This document shows, piece by piece, positions 30,600-44,709 of a DNA stretch of 64,000 nucleotides. The notes beneath the pieces are model-generated. The model did no database searches, was not told the origin of the DNA, and was given only the letters and a program-made list of their open reading frames with translations. Every line of letters begins with the position of its first letter. Positions within the stretch are counted from its first letter, which is position 1. Source of the DNA: the human T2T-CHM13v2.0 reference genome, Homo sapiens; the NCBI RefSeq assembly GCF_009914755.1, contig NC_060930.1; one strand, given 5' to 3'. A program made the position numbers and the translations under genes.

Positions 30600-32176
30600 A
30601 AAAGACTGCTAATCTTGAGTGGAATCGAAATAACGAGAGGGCACTGCATAAAGTCCAGGTGGCAGTATAAGCTTCTCTAAAACTCAACCCAAATAATTCA
30701 GTATATTTTATAAAGCTATAGGAATCGGTGTTGGAACAGGAGTGTGTGGAGTTTTGGGTAGCCCAAAGGGATGAGTCCCTAGGTTTCTGGAGAAAGGTTA
30801 AGCAATTTTCTCCTTCTCATCACTTAAAAATTTCCATGTCTGTTACTGGACCATAGTAAAAACTAAGTGTCAGTCCATGGGACAGAATGACTTTCAATGA
30901 GGTGCATGTCCTTAGGTACATAAAGGTTAGTCAATCTCAGCAACAACCTCTTGTGGCCTAGGAGTAGTATATTCTGGTTAACCCCAAGTAACTCTAGAAA
31001 GCATTATAAATTACAGACACCTATATCACCTCCCTAACTCACACTATATTCACAAAAGGAGTTTCCTTATGACTAATTAATGGTAGAGAAATATACTGGG
31101 GTATGACTCACGTATGGGTTGGTTTATGGTAGCACTATTCAAAACTGCACATCTTCTTCATTATAGGCCCACACAGGACAGCCCAGTAGCATGATGGAGA
31201 ACAGAAATCCTTTCAGAGGATAGATCTCTGAGCACTAAATTGATCACACCTTTCAACAGAACAGATGACATACCTTTTAAAAGTCATCCAGTTTCTCTTC
31301 AGGTCACCCCAGTGTTAGCACAGAAAAGTCATAAATGTCATGGTGGCACAAAAGGTTATGCACAGGCCCAATAATACAGATGCCTTCTCATCCAAAATGA
31401 TCTAGTTATTTCCACTAGTCTATGTCTGACTTGCCAGTATAATTGGACGCTGTCTTTGCTATCACACTGTTACTCAGGGAGACCGGGCATACACCTATTA
31501 CAATCAAATGCATTGACACAAAATGAAAGTCATTCATCCATAGTAGACATGATAAACTGTGTAGATATGGGTTTGATTTTCCACACATGGGACCTCCCTA
31601 AACAGCTTTAGTTAAGGGTTACAAAGTAACACATCCATCAACATGATAATCCATACAACATTGTCTGAAATTAAGAAGCTCATTTTATGGCAAAGGAGTT
31701 GGTTCAATAGGCTCACGACTATTGGATTCACTGGTTGTGCCATGTGAAATAGCCTAGGATCAGTTTTTAAAAACTATTAACTGAATGGCTGAAAGTGTTA
31801 CTAAGGTATCAGCTCGAGCACTATACTTTCAGTGTTGAGAAACTGTCCTTCTGGTAACAGCACATATGTTGAAACAATGGCCAATATAATGAGATTGTAA
31901 CTTAATATGAATTGAGAAAATAAAGGTGAAAGTAGAAATAATTTATATTTCAAAATGTCCATATTGTGGAATTCTCTCCTCACAAACTCAGTCTCTGTTT
32001 CTGATTGTTAGGAGCAACATTTCTCCAAGGGGAACACAGAAAAAAATTTCACTGAAATAGAATTGATAACTACAATCTACCAACTAGGTTCTAATGCTAT
32101 TGATAAGCAGACAAAATGTATTTGCTGTGCAGGCTGGGTGTCCTGGTTACAATGAGGATCTATGATGGATGTTATC

Positions 32177-32508
32177 TACTATGGTTTGAATGTCTGTTGT
32201 GTTGAAATTTAATTGCTGTTGTAACACAATTAAGAGGTAGGACTTTTAAGAGTTGATTAGGCTATGAGGGCTCTACCCTCCTGAGAGGAATGGGTTCCTT
32301 TGTAAAAAAGTAACTTGACCCCCTCTTGCCGTCTCTCACCCTCTTGCCTTCTGCCATGTCATGGCCCAGCAAGAAGGCCCTTGACAAATTCCAGTGTCTT
32401 GATATTGAACTTCTCTGTCTCCTGAACTATGAGCCAATATATTTCCATTCATTATAAATTACCTAGTCTCGACTATTCTGTTATAGCAGCACAAAACGGA
32501 CTAAGACA
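32177..32508 (+). mobile_element. MST-type (MSTC/MSTD-like) MaLR solo LTR
   Basis: tactatggtttgaatgt...ttataaattacctagtctc...ttatagcagcacaaaacggactaagaca. Confidence 0.85.
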
Positions 32509-33407
32509 CTAACCAATCAATTGGGGAAATTTATTTACATATAAAGTAAAGAGAAGTCACTCATTATTCCATGTTCCTTGAAAATTCTTTATGGAAATTT
32601 CAATAATAAACCAATAAGAACATGGTAATTAAAGATTCAGACCCTTAAGAAATAAACTTCTAGGTTTCTTTTCTTGGCAAGCTCTGAGACAAGCTAAAGT
32701 CTTTTGCAAATTTTCAGAAATCTAGAATGGATGATTCAAGAGAAAGATAAGAAATATCAATTAATTGCTCAAGAGGAGATGCAGAAGCAAGTATTACAGA
32801 TGACTTCTTTAACCGTTTTAAGTTCTCTAGAAGATCAAAATTAACCGCCATCTTGAAGTGGATATTATGACTGATTAGGCTTTAGATTTCCTCTTGGGGG
32901 CTTGCTATTCTTAAAAAAAAAAATAGTATGGGATCTTGGCATAATGAAAGGACATTTCAAGCAATTGTGAATGTTGCAAGGAGTGACACATTTTAAGCTT
33001 TACCTAAAATTATCTCAACCTTATGATGTTCTGGCTTTTGGATGCTTACTTCCTCATAATTCTGTGTAAGTAACCACTCTGTTGAGGCCTATATGCTTGT
33101 ATCACCTAAAGCAAATATCTGGAGTCTCTGGGCTCAGATGAATTACCAAAGAATGTGAAGAAAGATCTGGCTTCCCAGAAGCTGCTTAAGATACCAGGTG
33201 ATACAATTCAGAAGTACAGGAGAACTAAAATCCCCTAGAACAAACTTTGACAGATGAAACACAGGACACCAGAGGAAGTTGATTAATAAATTGCCTGTCT
33301 ATTACTCCCCCTGAAGCAATAATTTCTTATATACGTTTTCCTCAGAGTTGTCTTGTAAGCATGAAACACATGTTCTTCATGAAATATCAACCAGCCTGAT
33401 AACACAT

Positions 33408-33772
33408 TATTATGGACTGAATGTTTGTGTCCACCCCAAATTAACATGTTGATATCATAATGCCAGGACGAAGGTATTAAGTGTTGGGCCTTTGTGATTA
33501 AATCATGATGTAATAATCATTACAGCCCTCATGAATGGGATTAATGCCTTTATGAAAGAGACCCCAGAGAGCTCCCTTGCTCTTTCCATCATGTGAGGAC
33601 ACAGTGAGAATGCTGTCTATGAATGAGGAAGCAGACCCTCACTAGAACCCAATAATGTTGGCATTTTGATCTTGGAATTCCAGCCTCTAGAAGTAGGAAA
33701 AATAATTTTCTGTTGTTTAGAAGCCATCCAATTTATGGTACTTAGTTATATCAGCTCAAAATGATGAAGAAA
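33408..33772 (+). mobile_element. MLT1A0-type MaLR solo LTR
   Basis: tatggactgaatgtttgtgtcc...gccctcatgaatgggatta...gagaccccagagagctccctt...catgtgaggacacag. Confidence 0.85.
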
Positions 33773-34089
33773 ATATTATCTTTTGTTTGCTTTTTACATT
33801 TGCCTGCCTGTCTCATATTTTTATTGTTATTGTTTTTGTCTCAGCCTTGGGATTGTATCCTATAATAAATCATTAAAATCAATCTCAGGTTTTTGTTTTT
33901 ATAAAGAAACTAAGATTAATATAATGAGATAATCAACAGTGAGCTTACCATTTGTCAGTCAGTAATTTAAATGGGAAGATATTCCCAATTATTTTGCTTG
34001 GTAGCCTACTTGGTGAAACTTCTAGAGAGAGCAATTTCTCAGTGTCTATCAAACTCTAAATTCACATACTCTTTGACCCAGCTCCAAAG

Positions 34090-34299
34090 TAGGAGTCAGC
34101 AAACAATGGCCTGTGGGACTCCAAATTCAGCCCACCACCTGTCTTTGTAAATACAGTTTTTCAAAATGCAGTAATGCACATTAGTTTAAGTATTGTCTAT
34201 GACTTCTAAGCTACAAGATCAGGATTGTGTCAAAGATTGCATGGCTTAAAGAGTCTAAAATATCTATCTAGACTTAACAGAAATGCTGGTGGACCCCTG
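34090..34299 (+). mobile_element. MER58A-type hAT-Charlie MITE
   Basis: aggagtcagcaaacaatggcctgtggg...cacctgtctttgtaaata...ggacccctg. Confidence 0.8.
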
Positions 34300-36925
34300 G
34301 CTTAAATGTCAACAGTTATTATTATTTAAAAAAGCTTACAAAAACATAATTTTTGTATCATTCCAAGAATTAAACTGGATTCATACTCTGTTTTTCATGA
34401 CTCATTTTTTTCTTATAATAAAATATACCTGCCATCTTGACAAAATCATTTAGTTAACCTCAGTCAAGTTACTAAACTGCTTTACACCTCAGTTTATGAA
34501 AGGGAATGTGGAAAGACAACATATATTTCCACTGAATTTGAAAGGACATCATGTATGTAGAGTGTTTAGGAATGGCCAAAAGTTTTTAGGGCCATTTGGT
34601 CTGCATACTTTTTGTTCCTTGTGCTTGCACTTAAAAATATGAAGTCCCATATTTTTCTCTTTAAATAATTCCAATAAACATATTTTTCTAGAAAAATAAA
34701 GAATCTAAATTGCCTACAAAATTTTAATATGATAGTTAATACAATCACTCGCTCCTATAAGAAAAATAGTAATAGATTAAAGAATTTTCTGTATTTAGAT
34801 CTCCTTTACAGTAGAAATATAAATGAATAATCTGTGTTTTTTACGGCACAATGGAAAGTGTGGATGACCTTACTGAAATTTAATTATTCAGTGCTTTTAA
34901 AACTCTTTGATCCATGATACCTTATGACCTCTGATCAGGAAATAAGGAATGCCACAGAGTTCAGGATAGGAAATTTTATAGAAATTAATGTTCTCCCGGC
35001 AAGAGGGAAATAAACAGGCATTTATCTCTTAAAGGAAATGGCTTTAAGAGGCAATACCTATGTTATCATCATTGTATTTGCCACATTTATCATGGCATGA
35101 GTTATAAAGAAAACGCTTCATAAATGTTTTTCAATAACTGAATGAATACATGAGTGAAATACAAAGGTCTATGTTATGTTCAGCATTCGGGATTCTGGGA
35201 TTAAATGGAACATGAGGCAAGAAAGAAGATACAGTGTGGCCTCATTATAATCTGACAGAACCAGAGAGGTATAACTAACTGAAAGCCCAATCCCCAAAGT
35301 CAGACTACATGAAAGGAAACATTCAAGTCCTAGTATGCACATAGGAGCCTTTGTTCAGAGTTTTAAATGGATAGGGAGATCCCTATGAGCAGCATAAATA
35401 TTAAAGTCAAGGCAGAATCTATTTCCTCTTCATTTTATGCACGCTGCTCAGTGTGGGCAAACACGGTTGGTATGAATTTGTGGGCTGGGTGCCAGAGCTG
35501 GGAGCAGTAATCAACAGGTGCCCACAGATGCTGATTGAAAGATAGAAAACAGCTAAAATAGATTTGAGCTATCTAATTAGGAGCCACCATAAGAAGCAAC
35601 TGACACATTAACCTTTTGTTTCATCGGTAATATATAGAACATCTTGATTTTTAAAACATCTTTCATTAACCTAATTCACAAGATCTGCTTGGTGATGTAA
35701 ATTCTTTGAAACTAGAAGGGAATTTGTTAACTCTGTGTAAGTTACTGTGTGATGTGGATAATATACGTTAAAATTCTTATAATTATACTAGGCACTTATT
35801 AAACACTCTACATATGTAAATTATTGTTGTTATTATTTCTATTGCTGTTATAGAAAATGTATAAAAATGAAATATGAATATTTTAAATACTTTAAAAGGT
35901 GGTGTTTTTTATTTTAATTTAAACAATTATTGAACTCAACTACCTGCTAAATTATATATAATCATATGCTTAACAAATTTTTTAAAATTAAAACAAAAAT
36001 CTAAGATTATAACCAGTATTATACCTCTACATGTAAGAAAGTCTATATTTACTCTGGTACGTATTTTAAAGCCTTCATATTTCTATTCAATCTGAATGAT
36101 CTCAAGTCATAATATTTTTCTTTGATCCAAAATTGTTTGATATCCATATTATGGTACATGATGTTAGAATACTTGTTTTGTTCTGCCATGGGCTGGTGAA
36201 TTAATTATGTCTAATTCTTCTTGTTCTGACTTAGCCTTTCTTCAAGATTAGATCAAAACATTATTACAGCTACAGTCCCTGATGCATTATTAGTTCAAGA
36301 AGCAATGTAATATCACATTTGTTACTGTTTTATCAAGCTAGGTATAAAAATTGCTTTACGTTTAAAGGGGAAAAAGTGAAAATTCCAGCAAAGCAGCCTC
36401 GATTTCACACCAGGACAATCAGGAATATTTTCTCACTTTTGCTGTCCTGGAGCACAGGTCTGACAAATAACAGAGATTAGAAATGATTCTAATGCTTCCC
36501 TTTCCCACATTCCCTAGATGGATATGTACTAAAAAGCTTTAGAGTAAACATTACCAACAGAAAAAAAATATGGCAAGTATGTTTTTAGATAAACTAAAGG
36601 GTATAATCTCTACTTCTGCTTTCTGAAGTTTCCACTTTTATACTGTTGGTGAGAGTGTAAACTAGTTCAACTATCCTTTTTAATGAAGTTTGTTTTAGGA
36701 TCTTTAAAAATATCTCTACAATTTATTGTAATTGCTTCCTCAATTTTAACTTTGCAATTGTCGATTTTATAGATTTTTAATAATAAAAAAGGATAAATTT
36801 TGTTTTTAATTAAAAATATGTATAAAAATTACTAATATTAGCTGCTTTAAAAGATTGCTAAGCTCTATTTGTGTGTAATTTATTGCCATATTAAATAGAA
36901 AATAAGTATTTGTGATCATAATGAA

Positions 36926-37639
<714 letters not shown>

Positions 37640-38213
37640 CTCACTCTGGCAGAAGTTATTGATGATATTGCCTTTGTCTGAGGTAGAAACACAGATCAAT
37701 CTCAACTCATTGGCATGGGTAGTGATAGACAATAACATTACCCTAATTTTTTTTTTTGTCTTTTAGTCATCCTGGTGTCTGTGCCATTGCTCATACTTCT
37801 TGTACTTGGATCAAAGAAACAAGCAAGTTGGAACTATTTATATATTGTTTTAAAGTATAAGCTATTTGGCTCTCTAAGGTTAATCTTCATGGTCTATCAA
37901 ATTTGTTATTTTGGCCTTGATTTGGCAATTGAGGTTCCTAGTTCCAAATCACCTTATAGGAACTATTAATCATTCTGGCTTTGTGAGAGAGGCATGATGC
38001 TGTGTGCTATCTAGATTTTTAAAAGGTTCTGCACATCTGCTCTCTAGTCAGAAAATCACTATGATAATACAACAAAAAGGTCAAGAATATTTTGTAATAC
38101 AGTTTTATATGAAGTTTACTGAATAATCTCTGAGTGGTAAAGAGCTGGATTTGCAGCTTTCCTTAAATTGGCTAACCTCTTGAAAGTAAGAGAATGACCA
38201 AAAGGGGTGACTA

Positions 38214-38650
38214 TGAGCCGGAATATACAAACACAATGGCCATACCATATATGAAAGTAGAGCTCTGACCCACCTCTGCAGCAACCAGTCCAGAAAGCCA
38301 AAAAACAACCCCATAGCAACTAGCTGAAAAACAGCCAGCACTTCATTGACTGACGGCTTCCTTAATTTTTGCGTCTGCTTGCAACTTAGGACCAAATGAA
38401 GAAAGTCAAATATGCACACATAACCAATCACATTGGATGTCCTGGTTCTAGTTAGCTTATCTACAGCTTCTCCATGGCAACAGCCTCCAATCAGGGCACA
38501 ACCGAAGCCTTCCCCTTTTTCCACCGTAAAGCTTCACACTCCACTGCCTGCCTTTAAGTCTTTGCCAAATACAAGTGATAATTCCTGACTCCATTGCTCT
38601 GAATAAACAACTTTTACTTCTCATTTGGGTGGTTTATGTTTATTTCTACA
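38214..38650 (+). mobile_element. ERV1-class LTR (MER110-like) preceded by a polypurine tract
   Basis: TG...CA ends; ctctgacccacctctgcagcaaccag, two CCAAT boxes, AATAAA near 38602; upstream aaaagggg PPT-like run; family name from memory. Confidence 0.65.
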
Positions 38651-38777
38651 CTCATTTACCTGATTTAGCTGCTGCTGGAAAACACGATGTTTCTGTTTTC
38701 ACATTTCAAATATTCTTTTACACGCATCTCATTGAATGAAAAATCATACTGATGAGAGACAGTCTGGAAAATGTGCT

Positions 38778-39686
38778 TGTATTAGTCAGGGTTCTCCAGG
38801 AAAACAAAAGCAATAGGAGATATTTTGTTAGTTACTATAAGGAATTGGCTCCTCCAGTTATGGAGGCCAGCAAATCCCAAGATCTGTAGGGTGAGTCAGT
38901 AAACTGGAGACCCAGGATAGCTGATGTTTTAATCTCAGTCTGAGTCTGAAGGCCTGAGAACCAGGAATGCCCATGTAGTTCCAGTCTAAAGGTCAGTGGC
39001 CTTGGGACCCAGAAAGAGCTTGATATGGTTTGGCTGTGTCCCCACTCAAATTTCATCTTGAATTTTAGCTCCCATAATTCCCATTTTGTTTTGGGAGGAA
39101 CCCAGTGGGAGGTAATTGAATCATGGGGGCAGGTCTTTCCGGTGCTGTTCTCATGGTAGTGAATAAGTCTCACGAGATCTGATGGTTTTATAGATGGGAG
39201 TTCCCCTGCACAAGCCCTCTTGCCTGCTGCCATGTAAGATGTGATTTTGCTTCTCCTTTGCCTTCTGCCATGATTATGAGGCCTCTCCAGCCATGTGGAA
39301 GTGTGAGTCCTTTAAACTTTCTTCCTTTATAAATTACCCAGTCTCAGGTATGTCTTTATTAGTAGCATGAGAACAGACTAACATAGAGCTGATATTTTAG
39401 TTTAAGTCTAAAGGCAGAAGAAAGGCCAATATTCCAGTCTGAAGGCTGTTACCAGAGGATTCTGTTCCTTACTCAGCGATGTCAAACTTTTTGTTCTATT
39501 CATGCCTTCAACTGATTAAATGATGCCCACCCACATTAGGAAAGGCCATCTGTTTTACTCAGTTTATCACTTTAAATGTTAATTTCACTTAAAAACACCC
39601 TCACAGAAACACCCAGAATAATGTTGGCCCAAGTATCTGAGCAGCCCAGGGCATAGTTAAGTTGACATGTAAAATCAACCATCACA
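38778..39686 (-). mobile_element. MLT2-type ERV-L LTR interrupted by THE1
   Basis: tgtattagtcagggttctccag...aaggaattggctc...acccagaataatgtt...gttgacatgtaaaatcaaccatcaca. Confidence 0.88.
39021..39385 (+). mobile_element. THE1C-type MaLR solo LTR nested in MLT2
   Basis: tgatatggtttggctgtgtcccc...gaacagactaacata; perfect 5-bp TSD GAGCT at 39016-39020 and 39386-39390. Confidence 0.93.
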
Positions 39687-39799
39687 GTAATATACAGGTG
39701 TCTAGCCCCTACCACACAGAAAAGAGTGGAAACAGTGCTATCAACGGACAATATAAAGCAGGAAGTCAAATTATCTGAGATAAGGAAAAAGAGGAAATC

Positions 39800-40325
39800 A
39801 TGGAAGAAATTTAAATGTGGTGACGTGATGATGAATTTACTTCAGATACATTTAATTTGAGAGAGAATGATACATTCAAGTAAATATGGGGAAGAAGACA
39901 ATGACACTAAATAGATAAATTTGAGAATCATACGACTATAGAAGACAAGCAAAGCATGGTGATAGGAGAGATACCTTGTTAAAGACTATAGTTAAATAAA
40001 AAAATAGCACCGAGACCTGAGTTCTGAGAAATTCTAGTATTTAGAGACCAGATAGGAAGATAATATAGGGCAAGTGGTTGAGAAGGAGTAGCAGAGATTT
40101 TTTTTTTTTTCAGGTAGACAGGGAATAAAGTGTCTTGAAAAACAAATAGAGGAAATGTTTACAAAATCTAGGTGACACCTTTATCAAATGGTACTGGGGA
40201 GACTAATAAGTTGAATGAATATTAACAATTATGTTTCACAACATGGAGGTAATTACTGGAGTTATCAAGGGCTGTTTCTTTAGAGTAGTTCAAGAAAAAG
40301 CCAGCCTGATGTGGTTTGCAGAGCC
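39800..40325 (-). mobile_element. Degraded L2 fragment
   Basis: ttgagaatcat...gagaaggagtagcagag...caacatggaggtaatt...gctgtttctttagagtag: antisense L2-like motifs. Confidence 0.5.
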
Positions 40326-40796
40326 TTCAAACTTCTGGTTTTAATGCTATAGTGCACTAGCTATTTGGATAATATCTAAAAATGCTAGAAAAATGTGATA
40401 GTAATATTTTTTACATGCTTGTCTGAGATGGTGTAAAACAGAAGAAAGTAGTGAAGGCCAGAAATCAAACAAAAATTAGATAAGACCTCAACAAAGAAAA
40501 GGATAATAAACCCTTATAAAAGACATAAAGCATGCACAACCCTTTGGGGAGATATAATATGCTTGTGGGCAGAAAGACTCAATATTGTCAGGTTGTTAAA
40601 CGTCTCTAAATTAACCTATAAATTTCAATCCAAGGCACCCAAAATAAAAATCACAATTGGACTTTTTTCATAGAAACTGAGAATATTATTCTTAAACTCA
40701 TACGGCAACGCTAATAACTAAGAATTACTAAAACAAGTTTTATAACTAAACAGATGTGTATTGATGTATGTAGCCACATATGAATACATGGACATA

Positions 40797-41126
40797 GAAT
40801 GAGTTCATGTCCCTTGCAGGGACAGGGATGAAGCTAGAAACCATCATTCTCAGCAAACTAACTCATGAAGAGAAAAACAAACACTGCATGTTCTCACTCA
40901 TAAGTGGGAGTTGAACAGTGAGAACACACAGATACAGAGAGGGGAACATCACACACTGGTGCCTGTCAGGGGGCAGGGGGCAAGGGGATGAATAGCAATA
41001 GGAGAAATACCTAATGTAGATGATGGGTTGATGGGTGCAGCAAACCAACATGGCACATGTATACCTATGTAACAAACCTCCAAGTTCTGCACATGTATCC
41101 CCTAACTTAAAGTATAATAATAAAAA
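40797..41126 (+). mobile_element. 5'-truncated L1PA 3' end (L1PA7-like), next to an older L1M ORF2 fragment (~40500-40790)
   Basis: gaatgagttcatgtcc...aatgtagatgatgggttgatgggtgcagcaaacc...acttaaagtataataataaaaa. Confidence 0.88.
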
Positions 41127-41689
41127 ATCATGCTATGTGGAATATCATACCCTTCAAGTATGTGTATATGTAAATTAAACCCTAAACATTAAACATTTCC
41201 TAAGATTTATATACATTTATGCATAAACAATAATTAAATAAGACTTGTTTATGTATACATAACACACTTGTTATGTTTATATATAACATGCACACACACA
41301 CACATATATTTATATATACAGAGAGAGAAAGAGAGAGAGAGAGATCTGGGAGGATAAACATTAAATTATGAATGTATTTACTATTAGTTGGAAAATCAAA
41401 AATTCATTTCAAACGAAAACAGAAATTAAAGAAACAGACACTGAAGACTAATGGATACTTTAAGATGATTGTCTCTGATAAAAATTATTGCTACCAGAAA
41501 AGACTTGCAGATATGCAAAATACTAGAACACGCTTGAATATTCATCGGATGAGCCATTAGCATGGGACAGCTGGAGAAACAGAAGATGAATAATGGAAGA
41601 ATCAAAATCCAGGAAATATGAAGACAGATTGGACTTTGCTGATAGCAGGATCCCTGCAGTAAGTGCTGATGCTGAGAGGATTTTCAAAT

Positions 41690-41940
41690 TAGTATTGAGA
41701 ATGATTAAGAGTCAAACTCTTTGGTCAGGCTGAGTCTGAATCTGAATTTCCTGCTTTGCCTCTTAGTAGCTGTGTAAGCCTGGGAAAGTTACTTACACCT
41801 TTCTGTGTGTCAATTTCCTCATTTTATTAAATAGCAATAAAAAATATAACTTGATTAGGTGAGTTGTTAAGAAGACCAATAAAATGTACTTTAAAGAGTT
41901 TCTAGCAAAATAAGTGTTTAATATTGGTGGACAATTATTA
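41690..41940 (+). mobile_element. MIR SINE
   Basis: tagtagctgtgtaagcctgggaaagttacttacacctttctgtgtgtcaatttcctcatttt. Confidence 0.8.
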
Positions 41941-42509
41941 CAATCCTTTGTTTTCCACAATAAATGGTAAGGATATAAGTTGAAAGAAAAGGTAAATGTC
42001 TTTAGGAGAATTAAGAAAGCAAGAAGAGTGGCTGAAGGAAATAATAAAGAATAATAATAAGGAAATATAGTTTGATTGTTGGACAGTTCCAAGGGTCCAA
42101 TAAAGGTTGGCAATTGAGAATCTATATTTTAACAAACTGTCTTGGCATTACATTATCATACTTATGCACAGAAAAAGATGGTTACAGGTATCCAGGACAT
42201 ACTTATATTTAGCATTCCCTTTGTACCAGATCCTGTTGTTAAGTGCTTCACAAATATTACCTCATTTAACCCTTAAAAATTGCTATTTGTAAAACAAGTA
42301 CTTCCAGGTTCACCTTCCTAACAAATAAAACATATATTGAGTATCTCCCAAAAAAAGTAGGTGATTAAGCAGAGAATGTCATGAATAGACCACTGCTATA
42401 TTTTAATGTTTGAATGGATAATGACCCTTATAATATAATGACCCATTTATCCATTCAAACACTAAAATATAGTCGCAACAATTCTTTCAAAGTTTAAGGA
42501 GACTTTTTT

Positions 42510-42700
42510 GTTTGAAACCCTTCCATGACTCCTCCTAGTATTCAAAATTCCATACCATAATAAGCCTTACAAACCCTACATGATCTGGCATCCTGCTAAG
42601 TCTCTGACCTCACCCCCCTGCCTTCACTCACTGCATTCCAGCCATACTAGTGTTGCTACACCTTGAGTATTGCAAAGATATATGCCATCCTCAGGGACTG
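42510..42700 (+). mobile_element. L2 fragment
   Basis: aaacccttccatgactcc...ccctacatgatctggc...ctcactgcattccagccatact. Confidence 0.65.
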
Positions 42701-44414
42701 AAAACACAATTTCTGTTAATATTCTGGCAACAAGTTTAATGCAGTTAAAGCATAAGTGAACTAAATGGAAATTAATAAAAAGAAATAGAGAGCTTATTAG
42801 AATAATTATGTCTTTAAGGTAAATTATTCTCCATTGTATTTAAAGTGTTTATTATTTTATTGCACTGCAAAATATATAAACTCTGCAGATTAAAGAATAT
42901 CTAACTGGAAATTGCATTAATTCTGCTTCTCCAGTCTTGTAGCTGGTGCACAAAAATATGCATCATTGCATCACTAAGGAGATTCAATAATTTCCAAAAT
43001 TATTTGACCTCAGAACACATCTCATAGAATAATATTTCTCAGAAACATTTTTGGAAATGCACTAGGAGACGAAGTTCTTCTGCCATCTTTGTTCCTTACT
43101 TTGATTTAAATTATAACACTACATAAGCCAAAGACATAGTTCTCATTCAGTAAAATTTCCTAAAACAAACTTATAGAAGACTAATCAGATAGCAATTTCT
43201 GAGAAAGCTATGATATACAATATAAATATATTGGACCGATTCATTGAGAATGATTAGAATTAAACAGAATGATAACACTCAACATAGTTTATAATGAATC
43301 ACATTTGCAAATCATGACATTATAATAATACTCCGAATCACCATGCTAATTTAGACAGGTAGGCATATATCCTTAAAATGGTTCTTATATATATCAAATA
43401 TGTGTTGTATTTCTAGCTACTAAGAATGACATAAAACAAATGTTTGAAAGTATATCACGGTCTGATGAAGCTTCGTTTTCAATATAAATAAATACTACAG
43501 CAGTTTGCTTTAAAAAATTTAGATGAAAACTATGTTCTTTGAAGTAAAATTGATGAGTGAAAAGTTTCAATCTTGAAAGTATTAAAAATATTCATGAACT
43601 GTCTACTGATCGAATTCTCTCTGAAGTATAGTCCTTCAAACACCTTCTGTCATGCATTTCATCCAACCAGATGTGTAAGCTCAAGACCATGAAAAGAAAG
43701 GGAGAAAGCTCATAATGCTTTGCTGCCACTATAGCACGCAGCCATCTGTGAAGCCTTGTTTTAACATTATTGCTTCAGTGGATGTTTATCTTTGCATAAA
43801 AAAGTTTAGACTGATATATTCCCATGTCTTTGCACACACTAAACACTTACATTTGTAGTAAAGGGGAATCTTATTTTAGTTTTTAACAGAATCGTAAATC
43901 CAGAAGGGACATAAGAGAAGAGCTGGGTTTAGATGGAAGTTTTCTGTCCCCAGCTCAATGCTTTCTCCATTAAGCCATCATTCCAATGATACCAAGCACA
44001 TTGTATTCTAAGAAAATGGAACAAACTCTCTAACCTGCCCCACTATCTAGTTTTAGTGGCATAAATACTTTGTGGGCAACAAAGGAAATGAAATAAAGAG
44101 GGTGAGGAGAAAGGGGAGGCATCAAAATTCAGAGCTGATGCTTTAGAACCTCTTCAGCAATGCCATATTTGTTAAATGCAAGCAGATAAAAACATGCCAC
44201 ATTTTAAAGCCAATTTGTGCCTCTAGAGACAAGAATTATAAAGTCTATTGATCAGAATGAGGTAATGTTAGAAGGGAATTAATTATTTTAGCTGATGCCA
44301 AATATACATAAAATTCTTAGCATACTTTTAAATACCAATATTAAAGCAAAATTAATGTGAGCACATACTTTTATATAGTAGGAAGCAATATTCTTTTAAA
44401 ACTTAGAGAAAGGT

Positions 44415-44709
44415 GGCCGGGTGCGGTGGCTCACGCCTGTAATCCCAGCACTTTGGGAGGCCGAGGCGGGCAGATTACCTGAGGTCAGGAGTTCGAGACC
44501 AGCCTGACTAACATGGTGAAACCCCGTCTCTACTAAAAATACAAAAAAAAATTAGTCGAGTGTAGTGGTGGGCACCTGTGATCTCAGCTACCAGGGAGGC
44601 TGAGGCAGGAGAATCGCTTGAATCCGGGAAGCGGAGGTAGCAGTGAGCCGAGATCACGCCATTGCACACTCCAACCTAGGCAACAGTGCGAGACTCTATC
44701 TCAAAAAAA
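44415..44709 (+). mobile_element. AluS (Sx/Sq-type) SINE
   Basis: Full dimer; TSD TTAGAGAAAGGT at 44403-44414 and 44710-44721. Confidence 0.95.

Larger units (their letters stand above)
29230..33915 (+). mobile_element. Highly decayed ERV-L-class provirus relic (LTR-like end, pol remnants, LTR16/LTR33-like 3' LTR) with nested insertions
   Basis: Degenerate pol: cttgagtggaatcgaaataacgagagggcactgcataaagtccagg (~FEWGPEQEKALQQVQ), ggagtttccttatgactaatta (~GVPYDQL), catggtggc...tgtctgacttgccag (integrase zinc finger); LTR-like 33050-33915 with ggtgatacaattcagaagtacagg. Confidence 0.65.
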
